Source of the DNA: Ylistrum balloti
Taxonomy: Eukaryota
Assembly (NCBI RefSeq): GCF_031769215.1
Contig: NW_026782812.1
Coordinates: 62,001-126,000, forward strand
DNA length: 64,000 nt
Direction: 5' to 3'
The position numbers were made by a program, and so were the translations under genes. This document shows, piece by piece, positions 50,527-61,489 of the stretch. The first letter of the stretch is position 1. Every line of letters begins with the position of its first letter. The notes below the pieces were generated by a model. That model made no database searches. It saw nothing but the letters and a program-made list of their open reading frames with translations, and was not told the DNA's origin.

Positions 50527-52433
50527 AATAAAAAAAAAAAACAAAAAAACAAAAAACTTACAATCAGAATACAAGTACTGAATTAGCTGCTTTCACTTAC
50601 CGGCAGGGCCTGCTGTATACATAAAGACCTCTCAACCTTATCTTCGATCACGTCTCTGCTTAATGTATTTATGATGTGGGTTGGGAACCTCAGGTTCACG
50701 TGCACGTAGCACATGTTCTTGTCGTCGAATATTCGCATTTAGGCTTATATCTGTATGTATTTGTGGATGCCACATAAAGCTTGTCTATATAAATAAATAT
50801 TGACCTATTTTCAAGTCCAGATAGGACAGGGATTGCAAGATGATGCTGTCCAATATAAATTTTTTGTATTTATTCGAGCAATAAACTGCTCTCAGTTTGA
50901 ATTATTGCCAATCAGAATGTCAACTTGATAAGGACAATTTGCTTTTTATCCAGTTGACATTCTTTGTAATCAGAAATGCCAACTTAACTCAGCACAGTGC
51001 TTATATTTACCATGTCTATTATCTATCTCGTTACTAGTACAGAAAAGAATGGCAGTTCATGACCTTGTAATACATAATTGACTGCACAAAGGCTGTATAA
51101 GTGTACCAATGGCATTTAAATCTCAATTTAGGTATAGTACGCATGTTTTTTTGCATATAATGGAGACAAAATCATGAATTTTGGTTTCAACACAAAGATC
51201 ATCTCCATTCAAAAATAATATGATATAATTATCGCATTACCAATGAAATTCAACAAAAGCCAAGATCTGATCATTTCTGTTCAAGACTATCTGTCGTGTG
51301 TTCTTTTAATGTCAACAAAACGCTTCTTTGAACCATCGATGACGAATCTTCGCCCACCATCAAATCAAGTTGTCGATAGATTCAGGTCAGAATGTAGGTT
51401 ATTACATATATTTGAAAAGAATTAAAATGTGTTGGGTTTTGGCCTGTGTGGATTATCTGTTGAAGTTGTCGTTAATATATTCTAAAACATCGTGGAGAGG
51501 TTTCGACAAGTGACAGGATACTTGTTCGAATCATCAATGCTTGGATTGAGAGTATTAGGCTACCTACTGTAACTGTGTATTCCACGACATTTTATCATAC
51601 TTTATATAACCATACCACTCACTTGCAGTGGACAAATGATAGTTTTAGTATATCACTATTAGCACCATTACTTTCTTCATCTCACATATCGGTGACACAT
51701 TCTATTATGTCATCATATCATAAATTTCCCCAATGTCGTGGTCAATCATAGACTTCAACAGAAAAGATTGTCGCTATATTTAGGCTAGCACCAGAATGAT
51801 TGTCATGGCAACGACTTATTTACTCATAAGTATATCGGGGATTGAATTATGAAAATTTTCCAATAAAAAAATACATTACCTTACCATTATCGTACAGTGA
51901 CATATGTTTTCTTCAGTCAAACACATAATGCATAATCATGTATTGCCCTTCTTAAAGAGTTTTACATGGAAAGTCTTTTCAACTCTTAAAAGGAATTTGA
52001 CAAATATGCCATTATTGCATGAAGACTTTAACTCTTTCTGGTGAATTAAAGTCTAAATATCACGATTGTTATCATGTATATAGGACTTGCGCCTTTATGC
52101 TGAACTCTGGAGAAGTTTCAAACAGTTCATTCCAAACAGAACACATGACACTCTCAGTAAGGTGTTAAAGATCAACTTTTAAGACTAAACTACGGTTGAT
52201 TGCAGCCTATCATTGTGATGCCACAAAATATCAACGACATAATTACAGAGTGATTTGTTTCTTTCGAATAAAAGTACTGGTATAGATTTCACCATAAATT
52301 TTGGTAAACAATATTACATGTCACTAAAACTAAACCTTTGTATCTTTTTCTGTAAAAAATGTCTTTTAAAACTATTTTCTCGTGAATAATAGGACTGTGA
52401 AATTTTCAGAAAACGGAAGTGAAAATTCCTTTT

Positions 52434-52495
52434 GCAGTAAGACCCATCCCGCGTTTCCATCCGGGTCAACAAGAGTGATTTATATAATGTAAATT
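52434..52495 (+). mobile_element. V-SINE 3' fragment
   Basis: cagtaagaccc...ccatccgggtcaacaagagtgatttatataa matches the 3' part of the 48857 copy. Confidence 0.65.
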
Positions 52496-52663
52496 AAATG
52501 AAATTTAATGCAAACCGTCTATCATACCCCATGCCAATCAAATAGTTGCCCAAATGCAGCTTTTTATTAATATTCATATATTCAGGTTCGCTATGGTACA
52601 TAGTATTTTTATAGTTCATATTACCATAAATTGTAACACAACCATAGCATCAAATTACACACA

Positions 52664-52866
52664 GAGGTGGTCGGGTGACGTAGCGGTAACGCACTCTCCT
52701 TTCACCAAGTTTTTCGGGGTTCGTTTCCCGGAAAGGATGTGGAAAGGTATTAGGTCACCTGCCAGACCACATGGGTTTTCCCCGAGTACCAGGATTTCCT
52801 CCCACAGCAAGACCCGTCGCGCGCTTCGTAAACGTTGTACAACAAATGAAGTTTTTTTATACATAT
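52664..52866 (+). mobile_element. V-SINE with tRNA-like head
   Basis: A-box-like tgacgtagcgg, B-box-like ggttcgtttcc and V-domain gggttttccccgagtaccaggatttcctcccaca. Possible imperfect TSD aaatt(a/g)caca. Confidence 0.8.
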
Positions 52867-53644
52867 AAATTGCACAAACACGTTTTGCATTGCTGAATCA
52901 TTTTAATGTACTTAATATAACATTTCAGTTTTTAAAAGCGGTCATATGATTGTTACCTGTAAAAGAAAATAAACGAAAATCAAACCTACAAAGGATAAAC
53001 TTGTTACAAAATGAAAGGGAAAAATGTTACATATCGCATCAAAATTAACAAACACTACTAGCAGTTCAAACAGCATCATAACAATACTTTTTTCCAATGA
53101 AAAAAATGTATTAAATTTGGGATTAGCTGACAGCTGATTTTTTTTCAAATTGCGGCAAAATTTGGTCTACCTCAACGAAAAAGAAATGAAAATATGATTA
53201 TAAAATGTTCAATCATGACAGGTCAAATCAATAAAGCCCAATCAGAGTGGTGTATTATTGGCTTGCTCTATCTGTGAATCACAAATGTATGAACAACGTA
53301 CAACAGCATACATTTGTCACTATGTCAATGGTGCCAGTACCTAATACTAAATGATGAGTTTCATGATAAGTATGCGCCGATTCACTCAACTTCAAAAACA
53401 ATGAATAAACAAGATATTATACTATGCGGAGTATGGTATCAAAATCAATCTACCTAATAAAACGATTCAAAGTATTTCTATTTTAAGTTTTAACCAGGAA
53501 AACTTTCTATATCTAATAAGGGGATGGTTATAGGGATGGAGGAAGGAGAGAGACAGGGAAAGAAAAAACGTTTTGGATTTCTTCCTTTATTTATTATTTT
53601 TATCAAATAAAATGTTTTTTCAAGTATCTTACCAGGAATGTCAT

Positions 53645-56600
53645 TCACTTTTGAATTGGAGCCAGTCCAACCAAATGTCCATAGTTATCTACAGCATCTT
53701 TAATGACCTGTGAGAGAAAACAGTACTCGCTATTAGCATGCCCTTACATATTTTCTGTATTAGGCAGTGACGGAGAACATACGTATTTTAACATTTTTAG
53801 AAGTGATTATTTCCTTTTATTTACATGAATTTGAAAACATGAATTATTGTTTAAATATGCAAATACGTAATAAACGAGTGCATTTACAAAAAATGTCTAA
53901 TTGACGTTATATCAGTTGTAGCTTCGAACTATATTTCCGTGCAGTTTAGCGTACGTCAATCACTGAGGCTAGTTAAACAAAGGCTGAACCACAAACTGTT
54001 GGAGGTTTCAATCGTCAGAATTTTCAATCAATATTGTAGGAAAAAATATACATGGTAAGTGATTTAAAATGTAAGCTGCATTTTGGTTGAGACAGATAGA
54101 CAAATGGTTCCTCGCCAGAGGTTCCCCTCTTTCGTATTTCTTCGCCCTTGCCAAAATACCGAGAATATGTAAGGACACTGACTATGTATTCTCTATATTT
54201 CAGATCATCACATCTTCAGATTGGAACAACAGAGTAACATATAGAGCCATAACCACTAAAAACCGACCACCATGCTGAAAACAGATTCTTCAGTTTAAAG
54301 GTCAACATATTCGTAGCTTTCATAATTTTCAACATTCCTTACTTCGTTTTTGGCATGCATTTCATTCGCCAATATTTGATTAATACAATAGCTTGTATCT
54401 CATAACACAACATAAATCTGTTTGTGTTACACATAGTTATACACATGTTTCACATAATATATGCTTTGTTTGAGACTTTGTCTCTTACTGTGGTATAGTC
54501 ACTTACTGTGGTATAGTAATTATCGAATTCCGCCCGGCTCACTATATTGTCCGCTGTAAACGATAAATGTTATGCGTTAACATGAAATATCATATCGATC
54601 TATACTCATTTTATCTAATTGTACCAGAATATCATTATGAATCTTTGATTTCTATGTCAGCATGCCATTTAATCTAGAAAATCTAATCTTTCTAAATATA
54701 CGCGTGATTACTTTGATATGTCGATAATTTTTTTCTTTATTTTTATTTTTAAGAAGCAAAAAAGTCCGGTCTATGTTTAGTGTAAGTCATTTTACATATT
54801 TGTGATAACTATAGCTGACTTATGAAATGCCGTATGATATATCGTTATATATCTATAGTTATAATGAAACTAAAAGCAATTATTCTTCTGGAATGTCTGG
54901 TCTTCTACATCCTGTAGTTTCCATTAATCTAGTTCAATTGAATTTTAGTTTGGGTTATGATTATGTTGAAATGTTGGTATATTGTTGTTGTTTCTATTAC
55001 AACCATTATTTGAGAAGGATGTTTAGATAAAGGTTACCATATCAATCGAATTTTTGCGAATTGTATGACTCACTGTTCGCGTCCATTATGGAATACTGCC
55101 CATATACTGAACTCATGTCAAGATAGCCATCCTGGTCATGGTCAAGCTCCAGAAAGACAACCCTTGTGTAGGTATGGTTTGTAGAACGTGACTCGAACTC
55201 AAACTCGCTTATTTTGCCATCATCTGAAAACGACAGTATATATTCGGCTTTTAGATGTGGTTCATGCATAATTAGTGGGTTTTTTTTACAATACATTAGG
55301 TACATTCAAAGATTATGATATCTTAGAAATACCTTATAATGTGTATAGAGTTGCAACATTTTCTTACGATAAAATATCTTTGATATAATTCTTTACCCAC
55401 TGATATGAATCAAGTTGATATTTTTACAGAACATCAAAGTTAACGCAAAATGTTTTGACCTTTTATAAAATGCATTCAGTGCATTTGATTTTAATTATCA
55501 TTGGAAAGCTGTATTCATTTCAGCGTAAGGATAGATTTCCATTGGGTCATATGTAATCATTTTTAGTACAGCCTCCCCACGGGAATTCGAGATAGCAGTG
55601 ACATAATTTTGACTGATATTACTTGGGACAACTATTGATAAATCAATTCAAATGTACACAACATGTAATTAGCTTTAAAACCCGTTATAAAAGAAAAAGT
55701 ATAGCTTACAAATCTACCTTACAATTCTCAATAATGCTCAAATACATTTCCCGATGATCGAGAAATAATTGTGACCTTATCCTCTCCAATCCATGAAATA
55801 GTATCAAATGGATAACATCACTTGATTTCTCTAATGTTGAATGTAGATCAGGGAAATGTGATTTTAACAAACTTGTGACCTCATTAAAATTGTACTTGCT
55901 TAAAAGATAACTACAAAAAAACTTGTGTTTTTCAAACGAAAGAATAATTCTTGTTACTTTTAAAGCAATACTTTATAACAATAGAAGAAACACATTAATA
56001 TTCTCCAGATGTCGTTTAGTCAAATTTGTTGACGATAGGAGAATGATATGTATCTTAGAAAGTTACTTAAGATTTGATCTCCAATGAATTTCCTTTCATG
56101 AAATTGGATTATATCTAATTTTTTTTTTTTTTTTTTTTCATTTCTTTTGCAAAACATTATTTTTCTCTCATTAGGTATATTACACCTTTAACGGATGTGA
56201 GATTTCATAATCTCAATACAGGACTGTGACAAAGATCCCCTGTCTGGACAATGGTGTGACGTCACAATAACAGTTCACTGACGTCATGTTAACAGTTCAA
56301 TCATGTGAGCAGCGTGATGCAACACATATTAACTAGTAAATTATGTGTCCTACAGGGTAAAAGAAAAGTAATCATTTACCGAGTTATTTGTGAGTTGAGA
56401 GCCCCATCCAAGAGGGGGAAATCGTACACGGATTGGTTTCGCAAAAAAAAAATACTTTTTCCTTTTTTCAAACATGGGTCTGTTCATGCTTGCTGAGCGC
56501 TGAACAGCCAAACTCTTACACTCGGATAACGATATCTTTGTCTATGACACGGATCAATGTAAAGTTTTATTAATCTCTGTTTTCAGTGTAAACGTAGTTT

Positions 56601-57406
56601 GATTGAAAATTACGACGTCTTGCCCATGTGATTTAAGAGGTCATTTACAGGCCCACTTGAGAACACCAGCTTAGGGAAATTAATATTATCCTACGGCTGT
56701 TGAGTATAAAGAAACTACATCTTCAAAAACGTTAATACACGACTAAGGACAGTAAACTGCGGTGTTTCATTACACGATTCATTTAAAACCCGATTGAGTT
56801 ATGGTTAAACGACGACAAATATCCATCAAAGTTACATAAAACGTTTTAACCCATAAATATATGTTATTCCATAAGCATGTTATTTCTAAACATAGATGTA
56901 TAACTTTCCGTTATCGTACTATTGGCATCTAAATGCAGGTAGCTATTCGTAAGTTCGTAAAGCTCCATCACACTATCGTCGTTGGTGTCCACAGCCAAGA
57001 ACGATTTATCTACAGCCGCAATTACATCTGTAGTGGTTTGAAGAGCCCTGTGGGATATTTTATATTTCATTCATATGTTCTATTCAATTTATTAATAAAC
57101 ATTGTGTTCAATGAGAAAAAAGACAAACAAGTGAACAGCATCTTTCAAAATAAAATTTGAATAAGATAAGGTATAACCATTGAATTGATAAAACTGCATC
57201 ATAGAGCTGTGCCAACCTTGTAAGACTTGAATTATTTTACTTCAAAAGATGATTTATTGCTTTAGCTCTGTCAGCAAAAGTCCACAACAGGAAGATTACA
57301 TTATATAAGGACAAAGTAGAATGTTATGGATCAGAGTAATAAAATGCTTTGTTAGTACTTACGCTAAAGCCGAGGACAATCCCAAAAGGAAAACAAGTGC
57401 ACGCAT
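53645..57406 (-). CDS. Secreted four-EF-hand calcium-binding protein B, 143 aa, paralog of gene A
   Basis: Exons 57406-57363, 57047-56920, 55223-55074, 54553-54507, 53707-53645 (44/128/150/47/63 nt versus 44/125/150/47/51 in gene A, same phases). Protein MRALVFLLGLSSALA-ALQTTTDVIAAVDKSFLAV-DTNDDSVMELYE-LTNSYLHL-DANNDGKISEFE-...-DHDQDGYLDMSS-VYGQYSIM-DANTDNIVSRAE-FDNYYTTVIKDAVDNYGHLVGLAPIQK. Confidence 0.88.
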
Positions 57407-57670
57407 ACTTGCTATTCACCTGAATCAACGAAAGAAAACTTTTGAAAAGTGTTCAAAGACCTTTTTAAAAGTTAAAAGGAAAATAAGAAAGAAACAAAAG
57501 AAAATACATTTTTCTTATTTCAATAAACAGGTGAAATAACTGGTTGGCAATTATTTGCTGCTCCTTGGCTCGTAATACTTACGAAATATAGAGTTGAAAT
57601 GATATAGAGTTTGAAAAGCATCTTAAGATAATTTAGAGTTAGATACAATAGAGCCAGACGATAAATAAAA

Positions 57671-57718
57671 CTGCATCATACAGCTGTTTCGTCCCTCTCG
57701 AACTCGTCATTGATGCAA
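57671..57718 (-). ncRNA. Type I hammerhead ribozyme-like motif with a C3A core deviation
   Basis: Minus strand UUGCAUCA-A-UGACGA-GUUC-gagag-GGAC-GAA-A-CAGCUG-U-A-UGAUGCAG: 8-bp stem I, 4-bp stem II with G10.1-C11.1, palindromic stem III ACAGCUGU and a GUA cleavage triplet. All core bases are canonical except position 3. Confidence 0.65.
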
Positions 57719-57939
57719 TGAACCTATATTTTCAAGCCCAGGAGGCGACTATGGAAAATCCAAAATGATCGAAAGAAAAGTCTCCCACACAGTCAGTCGA
57801 TGTCAGCACTACATCGCTGTATTCAAACACTAGGAAAATTACAAGTACAAAAGTTACCAGTACAGTTACCATATTTCTGTCAGGTGTACATTCGTTGCAA
57901 ATTTCTGGGGTTAGATCTCAACCAAGTTCAGTTTCCGTG

Positions 57940-59190
57940 AAAAAAGGACCGACAATTTACGATGGGACAAGACTTTTTAATACGTTTTGAGCAGATATCT
58001 AATTGAAAAGCTCAGCGAATCACCGTGTGGTTACGGGGACCTGCACAATGGGTTCTCTCTGAATTAAGACTCTCTGAAATAAAACTTTTCACACTTTAAA
58101 ATCAGTATTGAGGATTTAAATCTCTTGGTAGAGAGGCAGCGTACAAATCTGAAATGTGTACCAGATTCAAGACGGAAGAGGCAGTTTGATAGTCTATGGT
58201 GAAGTTCTGAGGTTGACTGCTCGGAAAGATTATCTAAACAAACATTTTACTGATTTACTAGAAGGTGATATTGTAGAACAATTTATTGATGGTTTAAACA
58301 GCTATGAGTTTTGTAGGCATGTTCATTTTTTTCATGCGAAAACACTTGTTCAGGCAGTAAGTGCTGTTATTGAAATTGAGTCATTCAGTGCAAGACATGC
58401 AGGTCAGACTCCAGTTAGGAAACCAAATAAATTAAATCCTTGAAGTTCCCGTTTTTGTGCAGGCTACTTCTAGCGAGTACAGTAAAACGGCTGATGGTGA
58501 TCCTGAGTTTGATTTAGCATCCCTTAAATTGAACAGTTTAAGAAAATGAACAGAAAGTTGAACTCTAGGTATAGGAATAATCCAAAATCAAGGAATACCC
58601 ATAATTTAGACAGAAATTGAACCAAGGAAGCTAGTGGTGTTGGTGTTGATGGTTCAAATACCAGATTTTTGGCGGACTCAGCGTCGTAAGTGACCTTAAT
58701 TGATTGTGGCTTATACGACAACCAGGCCAAAGGTATAAGTCTGAGCTGAACAGCCAACTAGAGTATCTGGGAGAAATTAGGTTGTTTTGGGGAAAGCAGA
58801 TTTTGTAATTAATGTTGGGTAATCGTATCTTAACAAAAGAGGCCATAGTGGTTACGCTTCAAGGATTCAAAGGTATTTAATAATACTGAAGTATTGAATT
58901 TTGGTGTGAAAGCTCTGAAGTTGGGAAGCCACATGGTAGAGCTTAATTCTGAACCTTTAAGTAAATGTGCCCATATTGGAGTTTCAGAAACTGTTTCCAT
59001 ACAAAAATTTCCGAAATGTGTTAGAATTTCTGATGAATTAACAGTACTTTACGTTTCTGTATTTTGGTCAAAGGAACTTCAACACAGTGACTGAGAAAGA
59101 TGTATATCCCTTACCAAAATGTCATGAAGCATTAGACACACTTTCGGGTGTCAAGTGATTTTCGATCCTTGATTTAGCAAGTGGGGAATG
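57940..59190 (+). mobile_element. Decayed, internally deleted Ty3/Gypsy LTR retrotransposon remnant (gag, post-protease linker, start of RT)
   Basis: Fragments FLIRFEQISN*, LRGPAQWVLSEL and EQFIDGL...RHV...KTLVQAVSAVIEIES (gag-like), then IGVSETVSI, then LRFC...TEKDVYPLPKCHEALDTLSGVK*FSILDLASG (Gypsy RT motif), with stops and frameshifts. No LTRs recognised. Confidence 0.8.
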
Positions 59191-61489
59191 ACACAAGAAA
59201 AACATGTATGCAAGGATTATGCTAGCGAAACATCGCGGCTCAGGAGGTGACTACGTGAACTTATCATATAGGTATATTTTCAGGTATATGGAGCTTATCC
59301 GATATATGTGTGGTAGTTCGTATATATTGGAAATGTTAAAATGTATAACATTATCTGAGACTAGCAATAAGAATATTCAAGCAGTCCATAATGAGTCAGA
59401 ATTTGTTCCTTTACATTATGATATCGTGGAGCTGACCATAACACCTTAACTCACTCTAGCCTCCGGAAGTACTAATGGATGTTTCCTTCAAATGATGAAA
59501 TGTTCTCATTTGTGGCGACACCACGATACTACACACAATATATACCAAATGAAATTCGCGATTTTATGAGGATTCTAAATTAAAACAAAAAGATATTCCA
59601 CGAATTTTCTATTCTCAAAACCATTTTATCGCTTGTTCTTCTTTACTGAACTGATTCAAGAAACCTATGATCATCTGTTTATAAAGATCAATAATTAATG
59701 TAACAGCTGTAACGTGAGTAGTGAGTAGTATTGAAAGGTTTTGATTTTTCTTAATTTTTCTGGTAAAATTACTCAAATCACGAATTTCTTCATTTCAGTT
59801 TCTTAACATTTACACAAGAAACATTTCAGCTCAATGAAACTGACAACACATGGTCAAGACCATGTCGTGATCATTTGAGGTGAATCTGAGCTAAATTCCT
59901 TTAGCAGAACTGGCGAAGAAGTCAACACATTTTTTGTTTCGGGAGACAATGAGTGCACAAGCATTTTACTTTAAGGCCCCCGTGGCTGCCACGTAGAAGA
60001 GCCGAAAGCACTTTGTTGACTTCCTCTCTTCAGCATCTGCTCCAATTTTCAGTTCAATGGAACTGGAGAAGATTTTTGTTGTCTGCAACAATTAATCAAT
60101 TCATAATAAGTCAGAACCTTCTCATGATCTTGTCTGGAAAGTTTTAGTTTCTCAAGTGAAACTCGTAAACAAATTTAAAATTGAAAAGGTATTGGTACAC
60201 GTGGGAAGCGACACACTCAGAAAACCCATCTCGGCAGCCAAAAATGGATTCTATGTTGATGAGAGCATGTTAAAAGTTTCGATGCACAGTGGACTGGGAA
60301 TTGTACAAGGTCCTAAACAACGTGCGAAGGCTTGAAACAGTAGGCACTTGTGTAAAAAACAGTAAAAAAATTATACGAAATATAAGAATAAGATAAGGTC
60401 ACACATTAACTCCACATCCCGACCATTCTTTATTAAAGCCAAATGACAATTTTGACGACTTTTCCTTTCGGAATCAATCTTTCTAGTGAAAAAAAAATTC
60501 TAAAACGAAATTATAAGGATAGTCTTATTTTCAAACCCCATTCTCCTTAATATCCTACATTGTACATAGTTTATGTGCTTCATATCGGGTCGTTCAAAAG
60601 AGCAGATTTTTAAGCGCAAATGAAGCATTTATGAAAGAGATGCATAGCTATCTCTGACTTGTATATTACATGGAATGGCTTTTAAGTAACATTTCATAAC
60701 TTAATCAATAAGTTGTACAGTAATTAAATATAGGATGGCCATGACTTATTTACGGCACTAAAATCCAAAACCTTTTTCTCTATACTTATTTTCTAAGCTC
60801 TATATCTATTGGAAGCGGTATCTGCACAGGTTAAAACTCTTACCAATAGAAGCGTATTTTTCTAAAACTGAAATTACCTGATACGTCAGCTAACTCCAAA
60901 TGTCGAGCACTGTCAGAACGTGTAGAGTCTTTTGCTTATCAGGCAGCGATTATCTTGTTACCAATCACATGGTATGTCCCAGCCGTGAAGCCCTGCTGCT
61001 ATAGGTTGCTTTTAAGTCCATGTGAAAATGACAAATGAGTCATGTGAAGCAAAATGCTAGTCACGAAAAACAACAATGGGATATTACAATTAATTGAACT
61101 TATAATTTTAGTATTCTTAGCGTTGTTAGTAACACGACCTCATTTTTTTAATCTCATTTTTTTAGTTTTTGTTTTTTTTTTTTTTTTTTTGTTCGAATTA
61201 ATAAAACTATCTTGGATAAAGTGGAAACAATGAAAAGTGCCTACTAGTTCTACAAGCGAGATCGTCAAGTATTTAACCTGACTTAGAAGGGCCAAGGTAG
61301 GTATCAGGTCACAATATCAAAGGTCAAAAATTGGTGCCATACATGAGATTGCAGATAAGCTTTCTTCTACAAATATATATTTCAACGTTAATTAAGAAAC
61401 TTTTAATTGTCGGTATGAATTCTGAATAGTGTTTTCAAATATTATTTGTATACGTTGTGTTTATCCGTATTAAAACATGACATAATGAT

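Noticed and set aside
57186-57210. Second hammerhead forming a retrozyme monomer with 57671
   Set aside because: Only about 22 nt match and the catalytic core is absent. The intervening DNA contains a host exon, so it is not a retrozyme spacer.
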